Shown: in pieces, positions 19,922 through 28,391 of the stretch
Layout: each line of letters starts with the position of its first letter
Numbering within the stretch: position 1 is the first letter of the stretch
Origin: a virus
Lineage: Duplodnaviria > Caudoviricetes
DNA: 62,202 nt
Virus record (IMG/VR): IMGVR_UViG_3300032516_000021
Location: 1-62,202 of that record
Reading direction: 5' to 3' (one strand)
Notes under the pieces: generated by a model
Told to the model about the DNA's origin: nothing
Database searches by the model: none
What the model saw: only the letters and a program-made list of their open reading frames with translations
Program-made: the position numbers and the translations under genes

Positions 19922-20283
19922 TAGGGCTTGATCGTCGCTTCTATCGCCGTCAAGCGATTTGAGTTGATGTCGATCTTTATGGCGATCTCTTTCATTGACA
20001 GATCGAGCTTGTCATTCAGCTTACTCAATGCTATCGCAATTGTACCGCGCTCCAGCATGGATTCCGCCTTGCTCTCCAGCGATATTTCCCTTCCAGCACT
20101 AAACGACACCACCGCAACTGACAGTATGATAGCCCCCCACTTTATCACGAGTGCCGCCTTGTTGGCCTTGTATATCTCGGCGATTTGGGATTTCATAACC
20201 CCATGTTCTTGCACCCAGTCTGAGTCAATAGGACATTCTCTCGTAGGTCCAGTACAGTCGTCGGGCATATCAATCAATTCCAA
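19921..20283 (-). CDS. Single-pass membrane protein with coiled coil
   Basis: TM segment ALVIKWGAIILSVAVVSFSAG followed by a heptad-rich C-terminus. Confidence 0.6.
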   Translation of the reverse strand: MELIDMPDDCTGPTRECPIDSDWVQEHGVMKSQIAEIYKANKAALVIKWGAIILSVAVVSFSAGREISLESKAESMLERGTIAIALSKLNDKLDLSMKEIAIKIDINSNRLTAIEATIKP

Positions 20284-20286
20284 TGT

Positions 20287-20940
20287 TTAGGTTGATGCTA
20301 TACCAAGACGGCGATATCCATGAAGGATGCCGTCGATTTCAGGGTCGCCAAAGAAACCAGCCTGTGCGGCTTCGGAGAGCGTGTAGGAATATCCCTTCAG
20401 GCTCTCTTGGACAATGCGACCGGTGCCGATTGTCCCGATACGATCAACGGTCGGCGGCAGATACTTGGCGACAATGAGAACCGCCGCGCGCTTAATCATT
20501 CGCGGTGCCGAGTATGTCTCCGGGGTCGTCCCCATTGGAAACACGAAGCCGAATGAGCCGGTGATCTTGTAGTTGTTCTCGCCCTTGACCCAGTAAGCAT
20601 CGTATCGTTTCAACTTCGGATTTCGGAGAGCGACCTCGGCGAGAAGATCGCTCTCTTGGGCATAGGACGCGGAGGGAATTTCTGTTAGGACTTCTGTCCC
20701 TGTCGAATGGTCGGATTCATTCACCGATGTAATTGTAATCGGCGGATGCGGCAGCAGGAGGATATCTCTATTCCTCCCGCTGGCGTAAACGGACGTGTCC
20801 ACCTTGCGGAATAACCGCCCGGTGATCTTCTCAATGACATCTTCGGCGTCAAGGATCAACTCTTCCGCGCGCGCGCGATTGTACGTCGGACTGTTAATCC
20901 CTTCCGTCTGAAGGTCATCGAATGTGATGATGTTGCCCAT
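20287..20940 (-). CDS. Head-tail adaptor protein
   Basis: LILDAEDVIEKITGRLF...LLLPHPPI...NYKITGSFGF...PRMIKRAA...QESLKGYSYT. Confidence 0.8.
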   Translation of the reverse strand: MGNIITFDDLQTEGINSPTYNRARAEELILDAEDVIEKITGRLFRKVDTSVYASGRNRDILLLPHPPITITSVNESDHSTGTEVLTEIPSASYAQESDLLAEVALRNPKLKRYDAYWVKGENNYKITGSFGFVFPMGTTPETYSAPRMIKRAAVLIVAKYLPPTVDRIGTIGTGRIVQESLKGYSYTLSEAAQAGFFGDPEIDGILHGYRRLGIAST

Positions 20941-20943
20941 GAA

Positions 20944-21483
20944 CTACGGGTTCTGCACCGTGGCCGGGTGCTGAAGATTGCGGACAGTGTGGTCATAAAC
21001 GAATGTCATGGTGTCAATATCGCCGGTTCTGTTGATAGTCACGTTAACCGTGCGCAAATAGACCGTACCTGTGGCGAGTGTCGCTTCGATTTGGGCGTTC
21101 GTCGGGGCAACCACGGCGGCGGTCAGTGCGACGGCGCCCGCATATATGCCCTGCCGGATCACGTTGTCAGCGAGACTGCGATAGTAGTAAATCGCATAGA
21201 CAATGGACTGACCGTTTGCCAGAATCGCGTTGCCAGTAGTTCCTGATCCGAGATTGATATCAGCGGCGGCGGCAATCTGCGAAACAAGACCGTCGAGGAT
21301 GATGATTCCCCCCGGGGCGGCAGCACCGCCCATCGGATGAAGGTTGACATGGTAGTGGTAAGCGCCGGTTCCGGTTGCCTGCACGCACACGGTAGTCGCG
21401 GTCCCGTACGCCATACCCTGAATCACACGGGTGTTGAAAAATTGGTCATGGGATAGTCCCTGACCATAAACGGACTCTTTCAT
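20944..21483 (-). CDS. Hypothetical virion (capsid decoration-like) protein
   Basis: AGGAG RBS; downstream of the capsid gene. Confidence 0.55.
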   Translation of the reverse strand: MKESVYGQGLSHDQFFNTRVIQGMAYGTATTVCVQATGTGAYHYHVNLHPMGGAAAPGGIIILDGLVSQIAAAADINLGSGTTGNAILANGQSIVYAIYYYRSLADNVIRQGIYAGAVALTAAVVAPTNAQIEATLATGTVYLRTVNVTINRTGDIDTMTFVYDHTVRNLQHPATVQNP

Positions 21484-21534
21484 ATTGAACTCCTTATGAA
21501 TTGTTAATCAGATTTGAAGTGACGACTCCGGCGC

Positions 21535-21939
21535 TTACGCGGCCAGATACCCCTCACAGGCGGCGATGATCTTGTCAGCGGTCGCTTTACCGATACCGCT
21601 GATTTCGGTCAACTTCTCTTTCCCCGCCATGATGACTTCTCCGACAGTTGTATAACCGGCGTCATACAGGGATTCGAGCAGGGCAGGAGCCAACGCTTCG
21701 ACCGATGTAATGTCATCGGCCTCCGTCGGTTTCGGCGGAGGTTTGTCAGGTGCCGGGACTACAACACCAGCGGGATCGGGAATGATGCAAGGTTCAGATT
21801 TGAAGGCCACTTCACCTTTAAGCTTAAGGTAAAGTGGATCGTTCGCGGCCAGTTCGGCGACCCAACCCTTTGCGCAAGAGAAGTCCTTGCAACTAAATGA
21901 ACTGGCCAGACAAGTCATTCTAAATCCATTTGCCATCAT
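21535..21939 (-). CDS. Helix-hairpin-helix domain protein
   Basis: LYDAGYTTVGEV..AGKEKLTEISGIGKATADKII. Confidence 0.75.
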   Translation of the reverse strand: MMANGFRMTCLASSFSCKDFSCAKGWVAELAANDPLYLKLKGEVAFKSEPCIIPDPAGVVVPAPDKPPPKPTEADDITSVEALAPALLESLYDAGYTTVGEVIMAGKEKLTEISGIGKATADKIIAACEGYLAA

Positions 21940-21943
21940 TCAC

Positions 21944-23206
21944 CTACCAGGTAGCCGGCGGCGTAACCGCCACGCGCTCGTGAACGACGAAGGTTTGCGG
22001 CAAGGGTACGCAGACATCGCCATACCAGTAAGTGGTGATTTCGAAGCGGTCGAAATCCTTGTTGTAGGTACGCGAAGACCGCATCGTCTTCCATGTGATC
22101 TGGTTGATCGCCTTCGGATTGCCGAGGATGATCGACGTTTCGTCGGCGTAAGTGATCGTGTAATCAGTATTCGTCGCGCTGATCACCTGTTGGCCGAGTG
22201 ATGTCGTGGTGGTGATGGTGTTAGTCGCTCCACCCCAAACTGCCGGAAGGGTTTCGGAAATTCCGGTCAGAACGCATGTAACCTTGACCATGCGTCCGGC
22301 GATGGTGGTTGCGCAGAGCGTGGTTAGAGTGACCAAGCAGGTTGTCGCGGTTGCGGCCGAAACCGATGTCGGCGCAATCGCGGTCGGACCACCGGTCGCC
22401 GACACATACGGAGTGAGAATCTGTGGACTGCCGTCAGGCGGGACTCTCATTTGGGTCTGAATGACCTGATCGCCGAGTCCAGAACGCATACCCGCCGTCG
22501 TGCCAGCGATGTTTGTCAACGACCGGCGCCACATAATGTCCACCATGTCGTTGTAAATCCAGGCCAGCCCCGGATCGTTGCGGTACTTCTCCGGCATTTT
22601 CGTTCGCATATGTGACCAGATACCGGCACCCCAGGCAGCGCCGGCAGCATTGAAGACATTCGCACCGGTATGCAGAACCTTCAGCACGCCGTTAGTCATC
22701 CGCAACATGCGATTAAGGCGGGTGGCTGAACTGAGAGTCGTGTCGCTGTTCATGAGGATATTCGCGCGGTCGTTGCCCAGTGCAATACCGAACCCACGAG
22801 TCATCTGAGCTTCGAAGTCACCCATGCCCGCATCGGCGGCATCTTCGATTTCTTCGTAGGTTACGTACCACTCTGACTTGTATTTCTTCAGAGTGTACCC
22901 GACATTAGCGGTCGGTGGGCGAGTAGTAACGGGCGTGCCATCATTCTCGCCAACGCCTTCGGTGACCGGCTCGTTGAAGTCGATAACCGGAAAGGTGCCG
23001 ATGCGACTTCCCACGGTACGGTTCGTCACCGCACGGGAAATTTCGGATTGATCGCGGGCGGTTGAGAGTATTTCCTGCACTAACGGCCAGGGCAGGATGC
23101 CCCCGAAGTCATCGGCAGAGGTATTGATTATCCCACCTTCAGCCTTGGCGACGATGTTTTGCTTATTCGCCCACTGCTCAAACAGTTGTTTTGTTTTATC
23201 GGACAT
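21944..23206 (-). CDS. Major capsid protein (HK97 fold)
   Basis: GGILP..., VTYEEIED, ALGNDRANILMNSD, GVLK, KMPEKYRN, IILGNPKAI; follows the protease/scaffold gene. Confidence 0.9.
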   Translation of the reverse strand: MSDKTKQLFEQWANKQNIVAKAEGGIINTSADDFGGILPWPLVQEILSTARDQSEISRAVTNRTVGSRIGTFPVIDFNEPVTEGVGENDGTPVTTRPPTANVGYTLKKYKSEWYVTYEEIEDAADAGMGDFEAQMTRGFGIALGNDRANILMNSDTTLSSATRLNRMLRMTNGVLKVLHTGANVFNAAGAAWGAGIWSHMRTKMPEKYRNDPGLAWIYNDMVDIMWRRSLTNIAGTTAGMRSGLGDQVIQTQMRVPPDGSPQILTPYVSATGGPTAIAPTSVSAATATTCLVTLTTLCATTIAGRMVKVTCVLTGISETLPAVWGGATNTITTTTSLGQQVISATNTDYTITYADETSIILGNPKAINQITWKTMRSSRTYNKDFDRFEITTYWYGDVCVPLPQTFVVHERVAVTPPATW

Positions 23207-23274
23207 ATTGTCCTCTCCTGATTAAGATGTCGATTGAGTTGTGGCGCCAGAGCGCCGAGTGTAGGGGAAGCGAG

Positions 23275-24486
23275 TTATTTCGTCGCGAAGCTGAAGGCGG
23301 TTCCGCCCGTCTTTGCCTCTTGAGCTTGAGCGGCCTTCGCCAATTTTTCCTTCTCTGCCTTGTCTTCGGCGGAAGGCTGGTTTTCCAGGGCATTCGAACC
23401 CCAGACGCGCTTTCTGACATCAGTCATCATCGCGGTGAGTCTGTCGATGTCCTCAGATACGGATTTCCCGAACTCCGTCTCCTCGAGTTTCGTCTCTGCC
23501 GACTTCTTGACTTCACCGAGTTGGGTGGTGACTTCAGTTTTGAAGTCGTCTAGCGCCTTTTGGATAGGCGCGACGGCGTCATCAATCATCTTCTTGAGTG
23601 CTTCCTGGGTGATTTCCATTTCCAGTACTCCTTCTTTCATGGCGGCTTTACCGCCGCTCATTTTATCAATTGTGGATTTATCTGCTGATTTCGGTGCAGG
23701 GTTGAATAGACCGATGAAGGCATCGCGGCACTGATTGAATGAGTTCTCAATTTGCGTCGCCTTTTCCTCTTGGGTGGTCGTGTCATCATAGATGATTGAC
23801 CAGAGAGAATTTTCGAGCGCGTTCATCATCTCCGGCGACTCGTCATAGAATCGCTGTAGCGAATAGGTGGAGTCGAAGTCGGCTGAGTCTTTGGCAATGG
23901 GATGCTTCCCAAAGAATTCCTTGAGAGCTTCGCGCAATCGTTTTGCTTTGCCCACCGGTATCGGTTCCCGCTCGGCGAATGCGCCCATTGATACACCGGT
24001 GTAAGTGCCGTCGAGAATTCCTTTCCAGACTTCCTCACTCACAATCTGGAATTTGATCAGCCAAGCTCCGGCGACTGACTTGGCGAATCCCAGTGCCTTG
24101 CCGAGTGAGCCGTCAACGTCGATACAGGACTGGGCAATCTTGGCGATGTCTTCAAAGGTCTCATGCGAGTCGCCCGCGCCCGTACCCTTTTGTCGTTTGT
24201 CACTAAGGATCATGCCGAAGTTGTCACAAGCTTTTTCGACTTCTTCTTTAGTGACGACATCGCCTTCGCGGTCGGCGTCATCGGGGATCAGGACATAAGC
24301 ATAGACCTGCTTTTTCATTTCGTCTTTGTGCAGGAAGGTGACGGCTTTGGTCAGTCGGTCGCCAACGGCCTTAACGTCAGCTGACTTAATCAATGCGATC
24401 ACTGCCCCCGGGACCATCGGCGTCCCGCAAATCGACACCTCGACCGGCATAATGTTCTTGAGGAAATTCTTGCGCTCCAGAGTCAT
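23275..24486 (-). CDS. XkdF-like prohead protease with C-terminal scaffold
   Basis: EVSICGTP, VYAYVLIPDDADREGDVV..EEVEKAC, GAWLI..VWKGILDGTYTGVSMG; coiled-coil tail. Confidence 0.88.
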   Translation of the reverse strand: MTLERKNFLKNIMPVEVSICGTPMVPGAVIALIKSADVKAVGDRLTKAVTFLHKDEMKKQVYAYVLIPDDADREGDVVTKEEVEKACDNFGMILSDKRQKGTGAGDSHETFEDIAKIAQSCIDVDGSLGKALGFAKSVAGAWLIKFQIVSEEVWKGILDGTYTGVSMGAFAEREPIPVGKAKRLREALKEFFGKHPIAKDSADFDSTYSLQRFYDESPEMMNALENSLWSIIYDDTTTQEEKATQIENSFNQCRDAFIGLFNPAPKSADKSTIDKMSGGKAAMKEGVLEMEITQEALKKMIDDAVAPIQKALDDFKTEVTTQLGEVKKSAETKLEETEFGKSVSEDIDRLTAMMTDVRKRVWGSNALENQPSAEDKAEKEKLAKAAQAQEAKTGGTAFSFATK

Positions 24487-24508
24487 GGTTTATCCTTTGT
24501 TGGGATTG

Positions 24509-25135
24509 CTAATCTGCTTTGAACAGCATGGCGACGGTGACACCCTTGAGCGTGCCCGCTACGTAGTCGATACCGATGGTGATAGTCTTGGCCGCTTCGA
24601 TGGTCAAGTTGGCGGCAGGTACGTTATGCACCCAGCCGTAGACGGCGGCAAGTGGATAACAGCGCGCTGACCAGATTGAATCGGTTGCGAATGCCAGTGC
24701 GGCCACTCTCGATGATGCGCCCTTGAGGATGTGGATGTAAGCATCACCCGTCGCCCCGACGTACTCGGCTATGACAGTAACCTTCAGAATCTTGCCAGCA
24801 ACAGCGGTATAGAAAATGGCGTGATTTTCGTCTTCGTTGACATCGGCGCTGATCGTCCCGGTGACTTTCGACACCCAGAGTTCCGGCAGCTTCATCGCAT
24901 AGTCAGCCGTGACGTGATTCAGCGATTTGAAAAACAGTCCGCCGACATAGATGTCATACCAGCCGGTCGGTAGCGACGCGACATTCACGACGCCGAATTG
25001 GTCTGCATTGCCTGACCAGATAACGGGTGTCGTGGTAGCGGCAGCGTAAATGACGATAGGAGAATTTGGGAAAAGGCGAATCAAGTCGCTGTCAGGTTCA
25101 GTCCTGAAAATTACATCTTGGTAGTCTTGGGACAT
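24509..25135 (-). CDS. Hypothetical structural protein
   Basis: 208-aa beta-rich ORF in the head operon with GAGGA RBS. Confidence 0.6.
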   Translation of the reverse strand: MSQDYQDVIFRTEPDSDLIRLFPNSPIVIYAAATTTPVIWSGNADQFGVVNVASLPTGWYDIYVGGLFFKSLNHVTADYAMKLPELWVSKVTGTISADVNEDENHAIFYTAVAGKILKVTVIAEYVGATGDAYIHILKGASSRVAALAFATDSIWSARCYPLAAVYGWVHNVPAANLTIEAAKTITIGIDYVAGTLKGVTVAMLFKAD

Positions 25136-26722
25136 TTAATCCTCTTCGTTTTCCGGCATGAAGATTTCGACATTGCCGCATTCCTTAGCGGCTTTCTTGG
25201 AGTCGCCTTTCACGAATACAAGCACGTTCTGGTGAGTCTTGCCGATTTTGCGGCCACTAACAAAGTACTTGCCTGCTCGCACTGGCAACGAACCCACGGA
25301 AGTGACAAGGATCATCTCATTGAAATAACTGAACCCGCAAGTCTTGAAAGCGGCAATTGTATCGGGAACAAAACCGTTATAGTTGCCGGACTTCTTATCT
25401 CGGTATTCGCCGACAACAAAACAGGCAAAGCGGTTGTCCCGTAGCTTGTCAAAGCAGTGGCCGATGATCGTTCGGTAGTTCTTCATAAAGTCGGCGTAAT
25501 TCATGGTGCTTAAATCGGCGGGGTCATCGCTGTAGACTTCCAAATCACCGTAAGGTGGACACGAGAAAATGAAATCGGCGGCGGGTGCTTTTGCAAGTTT
25601 GTTGAGGCTGTCGCCGACAACCCATTGGGGCTTGATTGCGTCATTTTCCAATATCGGGATTGCTTGTTGCGTCGCTGTGTGTTTTGCCGCGTCGTTGTCT
25701 TTTAGCATAGCGTATTTGTAGCCACTCAGTTTTGCTGGAAAAGATTTCGCGCCCGCTTCACATTGTTTCATTATTCGTGACGCTTCTGTCTGTCCGAATA
25801 TCTGCGCGAGACTCCATGCGTGTGCCTTATATGCAGGAATCGACCCATTGCCTTTGTAACATTTGAGCAGCCGATACCTGTTTCTGACGATGAGCGTGTC
25901 GCTTGCATTAAGGGTGAACGGTGACGCTTGACAGCCAAAGGGTTTTTCGTCGCCGTGTATTCCACACAATCCTTCTTGGGTTTTGAAGGGACAAAGACCA
26001 CGCTTGTCAGCAGCGATAAATCCATCAACCACCCTCGCGCCCAATTTCTCTATTCGCTCAACTTCGCTCCGATGCACTGTGACCATAATTTTGCCAGTGC
26101 CTTGACAGCATCTTCCCTTACAGTTCTTAGTGATGTATTCCATGACGCACGGTTGAAAAGCCTGACGCAACATATCACCAGATATGTTGATCGTAACCGT
26201 GTCGGGATAATCCACCGGATTGACTAAAGGCAACTTACTCGTGCCAACGCCTCCGTTTATATCGCGCCATTGCAATTCATTCGCCGCTATCTGTTGCTTA
26301 CTCAAGTCAATGCCATGATATTTATAGCCGAGCAATCCCGCAACTATCCCGCGAACGCTACCACCGGCAAAGGGGTCAAGCACCTGTCCTCCCGGCGGAC
26401 AAAACCAACGATAAGCAAGTTCACAAAGCACCGGATCAAATATCGACGTGCCAGTTTGTTCCGAGGCATAGCCCTCGGTGCCAAAGTCTTTGGCACCGAG
26501 GGCGGGTTTTCGACCAGCCGCAAGATTCTTGCGGCTGGTCTCGTCGAGCTTGTCTTTGTCTCTATTTCCCTTAACCCAAGTGAGGTTTCTTGTCTTGTTT
26601 TTCTGCAATCCCGACTGTCGGGATTGCGATTTGAATGCTTTGGATGCTTCGGACTTATTCTTCACAGAATACCCCCCCCCTATGCCGGAGGATATTGTCC
26701 TGATTTGAAGGGATTGCACCAA
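25136..26722 (-). CDS. Amino-DNA methyltransferase (N4C/N6A type) with inserted YkgJ-like Cys cluster; true start uncertain (GTG 26665, or fused to the upstream ParB ORF)
   Basis: GTSIFDPVLCELAYRWF, motif I VLDPFAGGSVRG..GIDLS, motif IV FSCPPY, KTHQNVLVFVKG; insert C..C.GRCC...CPF..GLCGIH..KPFGC..SPF. Confidence 0.85.
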   Translation of the reverse strand: MVQSLQIRTISSGIGGGYSVKNKSEASKAFKSQSRQSGLQKNKTRNLTWVKGNRDKDKLDETSRKNLAAGRKPALGAKDFGTEGYASEQTGTSIFDPVLCELAYRWFCPPGGQVLDPFAGGSVRGIVAGLLGYKYHGIDLSKQQIAANELQWRDINGGVGTSKLPLVNPVDYPDTVTINISGDMLRQAFQPCVMEYITKNCKGRCCQGTGKIMVTVHRSEVERIEKLGARVVDGFIAADKRGLCPFKTQEGLCGIHGDEKPFGCQASPFTLNASDTLIVRNRYRLLKCYKGNGSIPAYKAHAWSLAQIFGQTEASRIMKQCEAGAKSFPAKLSGYKYAMLKDNDAAKHTATQQAIPILENDAIKPQWVVGDSLNKLAKAPAADFIFSCPPYGDLEVYSDDPADLSTMNYADFMKNYRTIIGHCFDKLRDNRFACFVVGEYRDKKSGNYNGFVPDTIAAFKTCGFSYFNEMILVTSVGSLPVRAGKYFVSGRKIGKTHQNVLVFVKGDSKKAAKECGNVEIFMPENEED

Positions 26723-26939
26723 GCGTCCGTGTCAAACTATCGCCCTACCCGTGCCGTCGCCGCGTTGCCGTTTTGAGTAGTCGCACGCCGGACGCGGACT
26801 TCCTCCCGGTGATACTTTTCTTTGCGCTGCATCGGGAGTTGTGCATGGCCATCTTTATCTGCCCCCCCCTGACGATTGCGATAGAAATTTAGATTTTCCG
26901 TTGTCACTTGCTCCCGGGTCATTAGTAGCCCCCCCCCCC
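26672..26939 (-). repeat. Three poly-G tracts: G11 26939..26929, G8 26869..26862, G9 26680..26672
   Basis: Counted directly from the sequence. Confidence 0.95.
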
Positions 26940-27492
26940 GTCCTAATTCGCCCTTGATGCCCAGTGCCAACCATGCCCGCTTGCGTTCTTGCCAGTAGCC
27001 TTGTCGGGCGTCTAATACAGAAAACGGCGGAACGATGAATTTCTCGGCGAGGGTTGCGCGCGCTTCTTGTTGGGTTAGCTCGTCGTCTGTCGATAGCGAT
27101 GCAAGTAATTCATCGAGGTCAACCTGCGAGAACCCCGTACTCTCGAAATCGAATCCATTGCCGGACGACAACTCTTTCAACTGCGCGGCCAGTGCTTCGT
27201 CGTCCCACGTTGCTAATTCTGCTGTACGATTGTCGGCGATTGCATAGGCCGTCGCCCGCTTGCCAGCAAGTTCACTGACGACAACCTTGACCGTCTTCCA
27301 ACCAAGCTCACGCGCGGCCTCAAGGGTGGCATTGCCAGCGATCACGATGTTCTTGCTGTTGACGACAATCGGTTTCTGCTGTTTGAATTCTGCCAGCGAC
27401 CGCTTGATCGCGTCGATGTTATCGCGGTCATGCAGTCGCACGTTGGCCGGATCGGTCTTGAGCTTGCTGATCGGGAGTTCGATTATCTTCAT
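26737..27492 (-). CDS. ParB/Srx-like N-terminal domain protein carrying the N-terminal motif of the downstream MTase family
   Basis: LKTDPANVRLH..IKRSLAEF.QQKPIVV..VIAGNATLEAARELGW..AIADNRTAELATWD; then LAEKFIVPPFSVLDARQGYWQERKRAW; ATG 27492 overlaps the MuF stop. Confidence 0.85.
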   Translation of the reverse strand: MKIIELPISKLKTDPANVRLHDRDNIDAIKRSLAEFKQQKPIVVNSKNIVIAGNATLEAARELGWKTVKVVVSELAGKRATAYAIADNRTAELATWDDEALAAQLKELSSGNGFDFESTGFSQVDLDELLASLSTDDELTQQEARATLAEKFIVPPFSVLDARQGYWQERKRAWLALGIKGELGRGGGLLMTREQVTTENLNFYRNRQGGADKDGHAQLPMQRKEKYHREEVRVRRATTQNGNAATARVGR

Positions 27493-28391
27493 GCCGCAAT
27501 AATCCCGCATCGGCATTCGAAATGGACGGGCGGCATACCTATTCCGGCTGCTTGCAGTTCCATGTTTGACCTGCTTGTGATGTCATTAAGACTTGGCCAC
27601 GGTGCGACTTGCTTCACGTCTTCGGGGTTAGAGCAGTTCATTAGCTGCTGACGTTGACCCATAGCGGAGGCAACTGAGAAGACCTTGCCATTCATTTCGT
27701 CGCAAACTTCACAGACACGTGAATCTTCCATCGAAAAAAACTCATAATCGGTAAATCCAGCATCCGAGAATCCCCCTATCGCTCCGAAGTTGCGCGAGCG
27801 GCTCATGGCGTTGGCCGCTAATCCCTGCCAGTAGTTGGCGGGCTTCATCGGCACGCCGGGATAGTCTTCGAAGAAATTGCCGAGCATCTTGCCGATGTCT
27901 TTGCGTCCTAAGCCTTGCGCCATGCCCTCGGCCACGGTATTCGCAATCGCGCCGGATAGATTCTTGTCGTAGTAGTTGCCGATCCAATACAAGTGATGAT
28001 CCGTGAGCCAATTCACTGCCGTCTTGTCCATTATGCCAAAGCTGATTTCGATTGAGGGTATGGCGTCGGCGACAATCGCCTTACCCATGACATAGGATTT
28101 GTCAAAAAGGTCAAGTAACCCAGCCCTCAGTGGCGTCGCCATGTCTGGCCCGATATGGTTGCGGAGAATGTTCAGCACGACGGCAATTTCGTCTTGCATC
28201 ATTGTGCTCTGGACGGCCTCGATATAGGCGCGGGCGGCTGCCAACCCTTTTTTCTGTGCGGTTATCCATTCTTCCCAGACGATAGTCAGCCAAGCCTCTT
28301 CGTAGGGCAGGCGGCGGCGCTTCTCGATGATCTGGTCGATCAGTTCGACGGCATAGTCGCGTTCGTCAGTAGTCAGGCAGTGGAGGCACAT
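27489..28391 (-). CDS. Minor head protein (MuF/SPP1 gp7-like)
   Basis: DSRVCEVCDEMNG...MPPVHFECRCGI; follows portal. Confidence 0.9.
   Translation of the reverse strand: MCLHCLTTDERDYAVELIDQIIEKRRRLPYEEAWLTIVWEEWITAQKKGLAAARAYIEAVQSTMMQDEIAVVLNILRNHIGPDMATPLRAGLLDLFDKSYVMGKAIVADAIPSIEISFGIMDKTAVNWLTDHHLYWIGNYYDKNLSGAIANTVAEGMAQGLGRKDIGKMLGNFFEDYPGVPMKPANYWQGLAANAMSRSRNFGAIGGFSDAGFTDYEFFSMEDSRVCEVCDEMNGKVFSVASAMGQRQQLMNCSNPEDVKQVAPWPSLNDITSRSNMELQAAGIGMPPVHFECRCGIIAA

Noticed and set aside
26732-26747. Genome-wide stop-codon reassignment as the cause of the split MTase
   Set aside because: TAA, TAG and TGA all end well-supported genes elsewhere, and the two halves are in different frames.
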